A program made the translations under genes and the position numbers. Under the pieces are notes generated by a model. That model saw only the letters and a list, made by a program, of their open reading frames with translations. It did not search any database and was not told where the DNA came from. Source: Planctomycetota bacterium (lineage in GTDB: Bacteria > Planctomycetota > UBA1135 > UBA2386). Taken from it: a stretch of 64,000 nt of DNA. The stretch lies in NCBI GenBank assembly GCA_046290465.1, contig JBKAGP010000001.1, positions 3,632,270 through 3,696,269 on the forward strand. Direction: 5' to 3'. Below are positions 50,992 to 60,432 of the stretch, in pieces. The stretch's first letter is position 1; every line of letters starts with the position of its first letter.

Positions 50992-51696
50992 CTACGCGGT
51001 GACCTGGTCTTCGCGCGCGGCCTCGAGCACGTCCTCGCGCGCCTGCTGGCCGGTCAACTCCGCGATGCGCTGCATGATCAGGCGCGTCGCGTTCTGCAGG
51101 CGCTCACGTCGACCACCGCCCAGCGCGTCGATCTCCTCGGGCAGGATCGGCCGGCCGTAGCGCACGACGACCTTCTTGAAGCGCGGCAGGATCGCCCCTG
51201 ACGGCAGCGCCTCGGCGGCGCCGACCAGACCGACCGGCACGATCGGCAGGCCCTCGTTGAGCACCAGCGACACCGCGCCGGGACTGCCGAGCATCAGCTT
51301 GCCGTCGCGGCTGAGGCCGCCCTCCGGAAAGATGCCGACGACCCGCTGCTGCTTCAGCACGGTCCTCGCCGCGCGCAGCGCCTCGCGGTTGCCGCCGCGC
51401 GCGCTCAGCGGGATCGTGCGGTTCCAGCGATAGAACCAGCCAGCACCCGCCGAACGCCAGACCGTCTCGGTCATCAGGTAGATGACGCGGCGCCGCACCG
51501 ACGCGCCGAGGATCACCGGATCGAGGAACGACGTGTGGTTGGCGGCGAGCACGTAGCCGCCGCTCGCCGGCGGGGCACCCTCGACGCGCCAGCGGAAGCA
51601 GATCCGCATCATCAGGCGCACCCCGAAGCGGAACGCCCAGAACAGGGCTCTGTCCCACCGGGGCGGCGGGGTCGAGAGTCGGTCGTAGTCGATCAC
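50992..51696 (-). CDS. plsC: 1-acyl-sn-glycerol-3-phosphate acyltransferase (PlsC/LPLAT family)
   Basis: Catalytic NHTSFLD (H-x4-D) and FPEGG motifs. Confidence 0.8.
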   Translation of the reverse strand: MIDYDRLSTPPPRWDRALFWAFRFGVRLMMRICFRWRVEGAPPASGGYVLAANHTSFLDPVILGASVRRRVIYLMTETVWRSAGAGWFYRWNRTIPLSARGGNREALRAARTVLKQQRVVGIFPEGGLSRDGKLMLGSPGAVSLVLNEGLPIVPVGLVGAAEALPSGAILPRFKKVVVRYGRPILPEEIDALGGGRRERLQNATRLIMQRIAELTGQQAREDVLEAAREDQVTA

Positions 51697-51730
51697 GGTC
51701 GGTCGGTGATGCTACGACAGGAGCCGCGGC

Positions 51731-52759
51731 TCAGCGCGACTTGGCCAGCTTGGCCCACTCCGAGTTCGGGTACTCGTTGAACAGCAGGCCGCGGCAGCGG
51801 CCGACGATGTAGACGTATTCCGGGCCCTGCCACTTCCGCGCCGCCTGCGCGGCGTGGTAGAGCGCTTCGGCCTGCAGGCTCGGCCACGCGTCGCGGGTCT
51901 CGAGGCGAACGCGCAGGAAGTAGAGCAGCGCCTGCTTGGCCGCATCCTTGCCGCCTTCGCCCTCGAGGTCGATCAGACCGAGGCCGAGGTAGGCGCCGGC
52001 GCGGGCGCTGTCGTCGACGGCGTCCTTGCCGACGATCTCCTCGTAGATGCGCTTGGCGCCGTCGGCCTCACCGCTCTTGCGCATGCTGTGCGCGAGCTCG
52101 ATGTTGGCGCGGCTGGCGACGATCGGGTTGGTGCTGCGGGCGCGGCTGACGATCGTCTTGAGCTTCTTCTGGAAGTCGGCGGGCGAGCTCTTCTCGGCGA
52201 GAGCCTGGAAGAACGATGCCTCGATCGCAAACGCGTCCGGCCAGGCGCCGCCGATCGCATCGGTCTCGTACTTCTTGGCGACCTTCAGCGCGTCCGGGCT
52301 GCCGACGCCCATGTAGTACTCGAACTTGAGGCGGTAGACCTCGGGCAGCGCGCCGCCTTCCTTGTATTCCTTGGCCAGCTCGTTGAGCGTGGCGATCGCC
52401 TGGGCCGGGTTGCCCTCGTCGAGGAAGCGGTTGGCGCACGCGACGTAGCCGACCTGCGCCATCACGTCGTTCTTGGCCTTCACCTGCTCACCGACGAGCG
52501 TCAGCATCAGCGCCGCGTCCTCGAGGCCACGGGCGTAGACCGACTTGAACTTGCCCAGCTCCAGCTTGGCGACACGGTCGGTCTCGACCGACTCGGTGCC
52601 GCTGCCGCGCTTGTAGCGAACGCTGCGGATCCCGTACTCCGTGACCTGGCACTTCTCGACCACCGTGCCGTTGACCAGGTGGATCTTGTCGGACTGGGCG
52701 GTCGCCACGTTGGCGGCCAGCAGGGCGAAGAGAGTTGCTGCGAGGATCTTGGACGTCAT
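51731..52759 (-). CDS. hypothetical secreted protein
   Basis: Start at MTSKILAATLFALLAANVATAQS (signal peptide). Helical and TPR-like C-terminal part. Confidence 0.5.
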   Translation of the reverse strand: MTSKILAATLFALLAANVATAQSDKIHLVNGTVVEKCQVTEYGIRSVRYKRGSGTESVETDRVAKLELGKFKSVYARGLEDAALMLTLVGEQVKAKNDVMAQVGYVACANRFLDEGNPAQAIATLNELAKEYKEGGALPEVYRLKFEYYMGVGSPDALKVAKKYETDAIGGAWPDAFAIEASFFQALAEKSSPADFQKKLKTIVSRARSTNPIVASRANIELAHSMRKSGEADGAKRIYEEIVGKDAVDDSARAGAYLGLGLIDLEGEGGKDAAKQALLYFLRVRLETRDAWPSLQAEALYHAAQAARKWQGPEYVYIVGRCRGLLFNEYPNSEWAKLAKSR

Positions 52760-52933
52760 CTGGGATCGCGGAGGGTCTTGGTGACCAGTCGGGAGGGGGC
52801 GAACATTCTGCCGATCGGGGTCCGTCGGCACAACGGCGCGGCCCCCTGGGAGGTTCGGTCGGGCGGCAGATCGGGCCACGATGCGCCCGGAGGACGGCGC
52901 CGGAGCGGGTCCGTTCGTGCGGTTCGCCGCAGA

Positions 52934-53848
52934 TCAGGCGTCGGCGACCGGAAGGTCCCGAACCCCTTCGTTGCGGGCCTTCTGCGCGCTGCGCTCGTCC
53001 CAACTGCCGTGCAGGTCGTGGCCGAGGCGGCGCACCGCGATCAGTTCGGCGACGACGCTGACCGCGATCTCCTCGTGGGTCCGGCTGCCGAGATACGCCC
53101 CCATCGGCGTGCGCACCGAGTCGAGGAAGTCGTCGCCGACGCCCTGCTCGCGCAGGTGCTTCCACAAGAGCGCCTGCTTGGTCTTGCTGCCGATCATGCC
53201 GAGGAACCGCAGCCGGTCACCGCCGGCGAAGCGCTGCGCCAGCGCCGCGAGCACGACGCCGTCCTCCTTGTGGCCACGGGTCACGATGACCGCATAGCTG
53301 TTCTGGCGGATCGGCATCCGCGCGACCGCGTCCGGATAGGCGCCGCCGACCGTCGCGTGCGCCTCGGGGAAGCGTTCGCCGGTCGCGTAGTCCTCGCGGT
53401 CGTCGACGATGGTCGTGCGGAAGCCCGCCAGCGCGGCGACCTGGCACAGCGCCTTGCTGACGTGGCCGCCGCCGAAGATCCACAGCACAGGAGTCGTGAT
53501 CGGTTCCACGAAGATCGTCACCTCCCCGCCACACATCAGGCCGCTGTCCGGCGAGTCCTTCTCGGTAAGCCGGAACTGCAGCGACTGCGGCTTCTCGTCG
53601 GCGAGCACCTGCAGCGCCGCGTCGTAGACCTCGGCCTCGAGGCAGCCGCCGCCGACCGTGCCGAGGAACGTTCCGTCGGCCAACACCAGCAGCCGCATGG
53701 TCGCGCGGCCAGGGGTCGATCCACGCGTGCCGACGATGGTCGCGAGGGCGGCGGGAATGCCCTCGGCGCGCAGGCGCACGATCTCTTCGAAGATGTCGGG
53801 TTGGGCGGCCAAGGCGATCCAGACTAGGACGGAACGGCCCTCACGCAA
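52934..53848 (-). CDS. xdhC: XdhC/CoxI-family molybdoenzyme maturation (accessory) protein
   Basis: LATIVGTRGSTPGRATMRLLVLADG..GTVGGGCLE N-domain plus Rossmann-like C-domain (VLWIFGGGHVSKAL). Confidence 0.75.
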   Translation of the reverse strand: MREGRSVLVWIALAAQPDIFEEIVRLRAEGIPAALATIVGTRGSTPGRATMRLLVLADGTFLGTVGGGCLEAEVYDAALQVLADEKPQSLQFRLTEKDSPDSGLMCGGEVTIFVEPITTPVLWIFGGGHVSKALCQVAALAGFRTTIVDDREDYATGERFPEAHATVGGAYPDAVARMPIRQNSYAVIVTRGHKEDGVVLAALAQRFAGGDRLRFLGMIGSKTKQALLWKHLREQGVGDDFLDSVRTPMGAYLGSRTHEEIAVSVVAELIAVRRLGHDLHGSWDERSAQKARNEGVRDLPVADA

Positions 53849-54398
53849 AGTGCGCGCGCACGTCGGCGTCGCTCATCTGCTGCAGCGCACGGCGGCCGGC
53901 GGCGGACGCGCGGGTCTTGACGACCAGGTAGTCGTCGCGACGCGAGCAGCCGGGACAGCGGCCGTAGCGCACCTGCTCGACGACGACGCGGTCGCCGCAG
54001 GAGCCACACATTCGCAGGTAGAGGAAGCGCCTGCTCGGCCGCCGCCGCAGGTCGTCGACCGGCAGGGTGTGGGTGACGTTGGGCTCCTGGCCCGCGATCC
54101 GCATCAGCGACCGCCAGTGCCGGCCGTGTGCCGGGATGTTGGCGCCGAACAGGCGGAAGGCGGCGACGTGGGCGGCTTCGTGGATCAGCACGCCGTCGAT
54201 CTCGTGCGGCACGCGCGCCAGCAGCCGCGGGTTGAGCTCGATGCAGCCGCGCCGCACGTAGGCGCGACCGGCGGTGGTCGACAGGCGTGCGTTCCAGACC
54301 ACGTCGACTTCGGTGTCGAGCACGCGCCAGGCCTCGAACAGTTCGGCGCAGCGCTGCTGCAGCTGTCGGGGGGTCGGCAGGTCCTCGGTCACGGTCAC
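53841..54398 (-). CDS. SprT-like zinc metalloprotease-domain protein
   Basis: HExxH (LIHEAAHV) plus C-terminal CxxC..CxxC zinc ribbon (MCGSCGD..GRCPGCS). GTG start near 54398 is inferred; the ORF-track N-terminal extension is rejected. Coordinate uncertain by +/-1. Confidence 0.55.
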   Translation of the reverse strand: MTVTEDLPTPRQLQQRCAELFEAWRVLDTEVDVVWNARLSTTAGRAYVRRGCIELNPRLLARVPHEIDGVLIHEAAHVAAFRLFGANIPAHGRHWRSLMRIAGQEPNVTHTLPVDDLRRRPSRRFLYLRMCGSCGDRVVVEQVRYGRCPGCSRRDDYLVVKTRASAAGRRALQQMSDADVRAHFA

Positions 54399-54463
54399 GC
54401 GGCAGAGCCTAGCAGGGCGCAGCCGAGCGGACACCTCGTTCGCGTCCGGGTGCGGCGCCGACG

Positions 54464-54898
54464 CTACTGGCGCTGGTCGGCCAGCGAGCGCCGGCCGAAG
54501 TCGCGCAGCGCGACCGGCAGCGACATCAGGCCGAGTCCGATCAGCGCCATCGGCGCGACGAACTCGAGGTTGGGCATGTAGATGATGCCGGTGTAGCCGA
54601 GCACCAGCAGGCCGCCGCAGAGCAGGAACGCCATCCAGCCGACGGCGAACGCGGTGCGCTGCCAAAAGCCGGGCTGCAGGAAGAACGGTCGGTCGCCCTT
54701 CTGTTCGTCGGTCAGCGAGCGCAGCAGCTCCTGCCGGGTCGCGGGATCGAGGTCGGCGCGGTCGAGCGCCTTGTCGAGCACTTCGAGGCGCTGCTTGCGG
54801 GTCTCGAAGCGACGCTGGATGTAGGTGGTTCCGACCGCGATGACGGCGCCGGAGATGGCGCAGATCGAGGCCATGACGGCGATGTCTTCGCTATGCAT
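54464..54898 (-). CDS. small membrane protein (paralog of the next gene)
   Basis: Three hydrophobic helices. Shares architecture and the C-terminal motif AL(R)(D/E)(F/L)..R with 54967..55374. Confidence 0.5.
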   Translation of the reverse strand: MHSEDIAVMASICAISGAVIAVGTTYIQRRFETRKQRLEVLDKALDRADLDPATRQELLRSLTDEQKGDRPFFLQPGFWQRTAFAVGWMAFLLCGGLLVLGYTGIIYMPNLEFVAPMALIGLGLMSLPVALRDFGRRSLADQRQ

Positions 54899-54925
54899 GG
54901 GACGAGGGCGGCGGGGGTCGTGGCG

Positions 54926-54979
54926 AACTGCTGCGACGCTACTGCTGCGACACTACTGCTGAGACATTACTGCTGGGCG
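54926..54979. repeat. four tandem copies of a 14-nt unit CTACTGCTG(C/A)GACA between the two paralogous membrane-protein genes
   Basis: aactgctgcgacg / ctactgctgcgaca / ctactgctgagaca / ttactgctgggcg. The last copy contains the TAA stop of the upstream gene. Confidence 0.7.
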
Positions 54980-55374
54980 CGGCGCGCCTCGAGTTCGCGC
55001 AGCGCGAACGGGTAGGTGACGAGGCCGAAGCCGACGATCGACGTGATCACGCCGCCGGCCAGCGCGTCCTTCTCGTGGGTCATCTCGCCGAACACCCAGC
55101 AGCCGATGCCGGCGAACAGCGCGATCCAGCCGACCGCGAGGATGATCGCCATCAGCGGACTCGACCCCGGCTTCTTCGGACCGCGGGCGCCGGTCAGCTG
55201 GAACGTCAGGCTCTCGATCGTGGCCCGGTCGATCGCCGGGTTCTTGAGCGCTTCCTCGAGCAGCTTGACCTTCTCGGTGCGCGACTGGACCCGCGCATCC
55301 ATCCAGCCCTTGATCAACGCGAACACGAAGATCGTGATCAGCACGGGTACGACGAAGAACGCGATCTCTTCCAT
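54967..55374 (-). CDS. small membrane protein (paralog of the previous gene)
   Basis: MEEIAFFVVPVLITIFVFALI.. has the same TM/helix/TM-TM layout as 54464..54898. Confidence 0.5.
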   Translation of the reverse strand: MEEIAFFVVPVLITIFVFALIKGWMDARVQSRTEKVKLLEEALKNPAIDRATIESLTFQLTGARGPKKPGSSPLMAIILAVGWIALFAGIGCWVFGEMTHEKDALAGGVITSIVGFGLVTYPFALRELEARRAQQ

Positions 55375-55442
55375 GGGCTGGGGTCCGGGTCGGTGGCGGC
55401 GCGGGGATACGGGCCGCCTCGATTGTATTCGCGATCCGTCGT

Positions 55443-56129
55443 CTACGAATCGAGCGGGCTGAGCCCCAGCCGCGTCAGGAACGCGTCGGGGTCGCCGTCC
55501 CAGACCCAGTCGGCCTCGTCGATCGTGCAGCGATCGTTGCGCCGCCAGACGAACGGCCAGCCGTGCGCGACCGCCGCCTCATGGTCCGGCTCGCGGTCGC
55601 CGACCATCACAACTCTTTGTGCAGAAGCAGCTTGCTGGGCCTCCCGCAGCATGTCGGTCTTGCTCTCGACGTTCTCGCTGTCGAGGCAGAACTGCCAATC
55701 CGTCAGCTGTCGCAGCCCCTGGCCGTCCTGCATCGCGGCCAGGTATTCGCTGCGGCAGTTGCTGGCGAGCGCGACCTTGACGCCGATCTCACGCAGGTGG
55801 ATCAGCAGCGGGCGGACCCCGGCGAACAGGTAGTCGACGCCGCGGCTGACCTCTTCGACCTCCATCGGCAGCACCACGCTGCGCAGGTCGAACCAGCGGT
55901 CCTGGTAGCCCTCGGGCAAGAACGGCGCCCAGACGCCGGCGTCCTTCATGCCGACGACGGCCTCCGCCGCCTGGCGGTCGGGCAGTTCGATCTCGATGCC
56001 CTCCTGCTCGGCGAAGCGCTGCACCCCGACGCGGATGACCGGCGCCCACCAGGCGAAGGTGTCGTGCAGGGTGCCGTCGACGTCGAAGATGACGAGGTCG
56101 GGGGGACAGTGTCGGTCTAGCAGGCTCAC
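55443..56129 (-). CDS. HAD-superfamily hydrolase (phosphatase-like)
   Basis: Motif I FDVDGTL, motif II S/T (ALASN) and motif IV VGDRE.D. Confidence 0.75.
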   Translation of the reverse strand: MSLLDRHCPPDLVIFDVDGTLHDTFAWWAPVIRVGVQRFAEQEGIEIELPDRQAAEAVVGMKDAGVWAPFLPEGYQDRWFDLRSVVLPMEVEEVSRGVDYLFAGVRPLLIHLREIGVKVALASNCRSEYLAAMQDGQGLRQLTDWQFCLDSENVESKTDMLREAQQAASAQRVVMVGDREPDHEAAVAHGWPFVWRRNDRCTIDEADWVWDGDPDAFLTRLGLSPLDS

Positions 56130-56156
56130 TGTTGCGGACTCACGTTCGGTCGGGGT

Positions 56157-56507
56157 TCAGAGGTAGACGATCTGGCGCACGCCCATGATCTCGAGTTCGC
56201 TCAGCAGCCGCGCGCGCGAGCCCTGCTGGATGCGTGCCGACTCGCCGTCCCGCACCTTGGCGAGGCGCAGGCGCACGACGTAGCGCAGCAGTTCGGTCGG
56301 CTCCATCTCGCGGGTCGCCTGGCGCAGTTCGAGCACCAGCCGCTCGAGCGGGATGCGGCGCCGGTCGACGCGCACGAAGCCGTCGCCGAGCAGTTCGACG
56401 GACACCAGTCCGGCGCTGTAGTCGAACTCGGTGTCGATCGGCGGACCGCCCTCGCACGCGGCGAGCAGCAACGCGGCAGCGCACGACGTTCGCAGCCGCC
56501 GATTCAT
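56157..56507 (-). CDS. hypothetical lipoprotein
   Basis: MNRRLRTSCAAALLLAAC lipobox. ATG overlaps the ridA stop (ATGA). Confidence 0.5.
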   Translation of the reverse strand: MNRRLRTSCAAALLLAACEGGPPIDTEFDYSAGLVSVELLGDGFVRVDRRRIPLERLVLELRQATREMEPTELLRYVVRLRLAKVRDGESARIQQGSRARLLSELEIMGVRQIVYL

Positions 56508-56911
56508 CGTGCTGCGATCCCCTGGACCTCGATCCGCGCGTCGGGATCGAACAGCGACACGACCTGGAACATGGCCATGCCCGGGTAGTGCTTGCCGCAG
56601 TGCTTGCGCCAGACGCGGCCGAACTCCTTGCGCGCGGTCGAGTAGTCGTTGCGCGACGTGACGTAGAAGTTGAGCTGCACGACGTCCTCGAACGCCATCT
56701 CGGCGTCGCGCAGGATCGCACCGATGTTGGCCATCGCCTGGTCGAGCTGGGCCGCGACGTCGCCCGGGTGCATCACGTGGCCCGCCTGGTCGTAGCCGCA
56801 CTGGCCGGCCAGGTAGAGCGTGCGCTGGTCGCCGCCCGACTCGACCAGCCAGGCGTGGGCGAAGCCGACCGGCGGCGAGAGATCGTCGGGGTTGATGGCG
56901 CGTTTGGTCAT
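56504..56911 (-). CDS. ridA: RidA/YjgF/UK114-family enamine/imine deaminase
   Basis: 135 aa. ..AGQCGYD..G..V..D...Q..QA..NI..IL..A...DVV.L.FYV pattern. ATG overlaps the kynB stop. Confidence 0.75.
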   Translation of the reverse strand: MTKRAINPDDLSPPVGFAHAWLVESGGDQRTLYLAGQCGYDQAGHVMHPGDVAAQLDQAMANIGAILRDAEMAFEDVVQLNFYVTSRNDYSTARKEFGRVWRKHCGKHYPGMAMFQVVSLFDPDARIEVQGIAAR

Positions 56912-57576
56912 GGCAGTTCGCGAAGGATCGCACGCACCGGGCTCGAATCGCAACCGACGATGCGCAGCGGCAGCGCGATCAGTTCGTAGTCGCCCTCGGG
57001 CACGCCGCTCAGATCGAGGTTCTCGAGGATCGCGACGCCGCCCTCGTAGAGCGCGTGGTGGCCGCCGAGGTCCTTGTCGGTGGCGTGGTCCATGCTCGGC
57101 GTGTCGATGCCGACGAGCTTGACGCCGGCGTCGGCGAGCACCTTGCCCGCCGCCTCGCCGAGCGAGACGAAGTCCGGATCGAACGTCTTGTGGTCGTGCC
57201 GCGCGGCGGTGCGCAGCAGCACCCGTTCGGCGCCGTCGAGCACCTCGCGCGTCAGCGCTTCGGCCGGCACGCGCGGCGGCGAGCCGACCGGCGTCACCTC
57301 GACGACGCGGCATCGCCCCATGTAGGTGTGCAGGTCGACGCTGGCGATGTCCTGCCCGGCCGAGTCGTAGTGCAGCGGCGCGTCGGTGTGCGTGCCGACG
57401 TGCACCGACATGCGGATCGTGCTGACGTTGCACGAAGCCCCCTGCGACATGCGCATCACCCATTCCTGCGAAAACGCGTTGTCGCCCGGAAACGTCGCGG
57501 TCGCCGGCTCGATCGGTTCGCTGATGTCCCAGATCCTGCGGTTCATCACCCTGCGACTGGTCCCCTCGCTGGTCAT
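56908..57576 (-). CDS. kynB: kynurenine formamidase / putative cyclase family
   Basis: HVGTHTDAPLHY metal-binding motif of the cyclase/arylformamidase family. ATG overlaps the kynureninase stop. Confidence 0.7.
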   Translation of the reverse strand: MTSEGTSRRVMNRRIWDISEPIEPATATFPGDNAFSQEWVMRMSQGASCNVSTIRMSVHVGTHTDAPLHYDSAGQDIASVDLHTYMGRCRVVEVTPVGSPPRVPAEALTREVLDGAERVLLRTAARHDHKTFDPDFVSLGEAAGKVLADAGVKLVGIDTPSMDHATDKDLGGHHALYEGGVAILENLDLSGVPEGDYELIALPLRIVGCDSSPVRAILRELP

Positions 57577-58784
57577 CCGGGCTTGCGCTCCTGCTGCAAG
57601 AACGGCCGGTGCTCGCCGCTGTCGAGGATGTCGCGGATCGCCTGCAGGCACGCGCGCACTTCGTCCGTGGTGTTGTAGAAGTGCGGCGCGATGCGCAGCC
57701 CGGCGTCCGGCCGGAAGTCGACGACGATCTCGCGCGCCGACAGCGCCTGGCACACGGCGTAGCCGTCGGGAACGTCGAGCGCGACGTGGCCGCCGCGTCG
57801 CTCGGCATCGAGCGGCGACTTGAGCGCGAAGCCGTGCCGCTGCGCCTCGTCGACCAGCAGCGACGTCAGCTGCTGGCTGCGGCGCCGCACGTTGTCGAGG
57901 CCGGCTTCGAGGCACGTCGCGATGCCCTCCTTGCCGGAGTAGAGCGCAGGCACGTTGGGCGTGCCGGTCGCGAAGCGATGGCCGTCGTCGCGGTAGTCCT
58001 GGCCCTCGGGCGAGAACAAGAACGGCTGCTTGTGCGCCGCCCAGCCGGTGAACGCCGGCGTCAGCGACGACACCAGGTCCGGCCGCACGTAGAGGAAGCA
58101 GTTGCCGGGGCCACCACACAGCCACTTGAGCGCGCCGCCGACCGCCGCGTGCACCCCCGCCTGCTCCAGCTCGAGCTGCTGCGTGCCCACCGAGTGGAAC
58201 GTGTCGAGGATCACGAACGCGCCGACCTGGTTGGCCTTCTCGACGATCGGCGCGATGTCGACGATCGCCGAGCTGCGGAACATCACGTGGTCGATCGCAA
58301 CCAGCAGCGTGCGGTCGTCGATGTGCGACGCGAACTGCTCGCCGTCGGTCGAGATGCCGTCGCTCGCCGCCGGCACGCGCACCAGCCGGGCGCCGTGCGC
58401 CTGGCGGGCCTCGTAGATGTACTGGTCGCTCGGAAAGTTGCGGTCCGCGTAGACGATGCCGTTGCGCGGCCCGTCGAAGCGGAAGCACGACAGGATCATC
58501 TCGAGCGCGACCGCGATGTTCTGGTGCATCGTGACCGTGCCCGCCTGCACGCCGAGCGTGCGCGCGACCTGGTCGGCGACCTGCTCCTGCAGCACCCACC
58601 AGCCGTCGCCCCACGACCGCACCCCGCGCGTGTCCCACTCGTCGAGGAACTGCTGCACGCTGGCGCGTGCGGCCGCGGGCATCGCGCCGAGCGAGTTGTT
58701 GATCAGGTAGTTGCTGCGCTGCGTGACGGCGAAGCGCTCGCGGAACGCCAGCAGGGGATCGTTGTCGGTCTGGGTCTCGGCCAC
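57573..58784 (-). CDS. kynU: kynureninase (PLP-dependent, aminotransferase class V fold)
   Basis: About 403 aa. PLP-lysine context GGALKWLCGGPG corresponds to the kynureninase C-S-Y-K-Y-L-N-G-G-P-G motif. Confidence 0.8.
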   Translation of the reverse strand: MAETQTDNDPLLAFRERFAVTQRSNYLINNSLGAMPAAARASVQQFLDEWDTRGVRSWGDGWWVLQEQVADQVARTLGVQAGTVTMHQNIAVALEMILSCFRFDGPRNGIVYADRNFPSDQYIYEARQAHGARLVRVPAASDGISTDGEQFASHIDDRTLLVAIDHVMFRSSAIVDIAPIVEKANQVGAFVILDTFHSVGTQQLELEQAGVHAAVGGALKWLCGGPGNCFLYVRPDLVSSLTPAFTGWAAHKQPFLFSPEGQDYRDDGHRFATGTPNVPALYSGKEGIATCLEAGLDNVRRRSQQLTSLLVDEAQRHGFALKSPLDAERRGGHVALDVPDGYAVCQALSAREIVVDFRPDAGLRIAPHFYNTTDEVRACLQAIRDILDSGEHRPFLQQERKPG

Positions 58785-58859
58785 GGGCGCACAGTTCTAC
58801 GGGTGTGCGTGGCCCGTCGCCCGTGAAAAGCACCGGCGGCGGGCCACGCACGCCGCCCG

Positions 58860-59440
58860 TCAGCGCACCTGCACCGTCAGCACCAACGACCGCTCACCCG
58901 GAGCCGCGGGGTCGGGCCCGATGTGCGCGATCTGCCAGCCGTTGCCGTCGACGGCGACGGTGCGCTCGACGTCGGTCCAGGCGACCGCCGGCGTATCGAT
59001 GGCGCCGAGATCCTCGTTGCCGAGGTCGACGGTCGCGACCGGCGGCACGGCCCCCCCCACTCGAGCAGCGTCAACACGTCCTGCACCTCGGTCTGCACCG
59101 GCATCGGCGCGCGCAGGGTCAGCGTCTGGTCGAACACCTTGCCGACGCCGCGCTCCTGATCCCAGAGGTGCTCGAGCCACGGAACCAGCAGCTTCTGCGG
59201 CAACCACGGTGCTGCGATCGGCTCCGGCCGGGCCTCGCCACCCGGCAGGAACGAGAACTCGTTGCGCCGCTCGCGTGCCAGCACGCGCCCGGATGGCAGC
59301 AACAACAACGGCCGATCGAAGTTGCGGGTGATGCCCGGCAGCGGGCGAACCAGCTCCGACAGATCGTAGGTGCGTTCGACGGTCTCCTGCGCGGTCAGCG
59401 CAGACAGGAAGAGGGCGGGCAGGCAGATGGTGCAGCGCAT
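58860..59440 (-). pseudogene. secreted hypothetical protein gene interrupted by a frameshift at a C8 homopolymer (G8 on the coding strand), or a sequencing error
   Basis: The N-terminal part (signal peptide MRCTICLPALFLSALTAQ..) lies in frame 58877..59440. The C-terminal part (..VAVDGNGWQIAHIGPDPAAPGERSLVLTVQVR) lies in frame ..58860. The switch occurs at gcccccccca 59051-59060, encoding W-G-G-(P). Confidence 0.45.
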
Positions 59441-59613
59441 GTGTACTCCTGGGGGGCCACACTGCGCCCGTAATCCCGGCGGGCGCAGCGATCGGAGGGG
59501 GTTGGCGCACGCTGCACCAAGCTTCGTACCGACGGCGGTGTGATGAGACGAATGCGCAGGGGGCGCCCGAGGTCACGAGAACGTCACCACCCTCACCCCA
59601 CCGACCCCGCCCC

Positions 59614-60432
59614 CTATGCCGGTCGGTAGAACGTCGCCCGCCCCAAGCGCACCGGCACGAAGTCGTCGCGGATCCCGAGCACGGTCTCGGCCGCGCCGAG
59701 GCACAGCAGGCCGTCCGGCCGCAGCACGCGTCGGAGTTCGCCGAGGATGCGCTGCTTGGTCGCGACGTCGAAGTAGATCAACACGTTGCGCAGGAACACG
59801 ACGTCCATCTGGCCGACGTTCGCCCACGACCCGGTAAGGTTGAACTCACCGAACTCGACCATCCGGCGCAGCGGCGGCTGCACGCGCCAACAGCGACCGT
59901 CACGTTCGAAATAGCGCTCGCGCAGCGACGGGGACAGACCGCGCTGCACCTCGACATCGGAATAGATGCCGGCGCGCGCCTGGGCCAGCACGCGCAGCGA
60001 CAGGTCGGTCGCCCGGATGCGGGCCCGCGAGACGTATGGCTCGGGCACGTTCTCGCGCAGCAACATCGCCAGCGAGTAGGCTTCCTGGCCGGTCGAACTC
60101 GCCGCCGACCAGATGTCCATCGAGCGGCGGCCGCCCGCTTCGAGCAGCGACGGCAGCACGAACTCGCGCAACGCCTCGAACGGGTGCTCGTCGCGGAAGA
60201 AGCTGGTCTCGTTGGTCGTCATCGCGTCGACCACGCGCGCGCGCAGTTCGCCGCTCGCGGGCCGCTTCAGGGCCTCGACCAGCTGCGCCGTTCCGCCGAA
60301 GCCGTAGTCATCGACCACGACCCGCAGCCGCGTCTCGAACAAGTAGTCCTTGCGCTCGTCGAGCAGCAACCCGGCGACCTGGTGCACGAGTTGCCGGCAG
60401 TAGTCCAGGTCACCGGCCGTGAACATGCTCAT
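59614..60432 (-). CDS. cheR: chemotaxis protein methyltransferase CheR
   Basis: CheR N-domain plus SAM-MTase domain (..TNETSFFRDEHPFEAL.. IWSAASSTGQEAYSLAMLL). ATG overlaps the cheB stop. Confidence 0.85.
   Translation of the reverse strand: MSMFTAGDLDYCRQLVHQVAGLLLDERKDYLFETRLRVVVDDYGFGGTAQLVEALKRPASGELRARVVDAMTTNETSFFRDEHPFEALREFVLPSLLEAGGRRSMDIWSAASSTGQEAYSLAMLLRENVPEPYVSRARIRATDLSLRVLAQARAGIYSDVEVQRGLSPSLRERYFERDGRCWRVQPPLRRMVEFGEFNLTGSWANVGQMDVVFLRNVLIYFDVATKQRILGELRRVLRPDGLLCLGAAETVLGIRDDFVPVRLGRATFYRPA

Noticed and set aside
54926-54979. Short tandem repeats, and the palindromic repeat family at 23-25 kb, as possible CRISPR arrays
   Set aside because: There are no repeat-spacer-repeat units of 28-37 nt with unique spacers, and no cas genes in the window. 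The 14-nt units are contiguous, and the palindromes are dispersed single copies.
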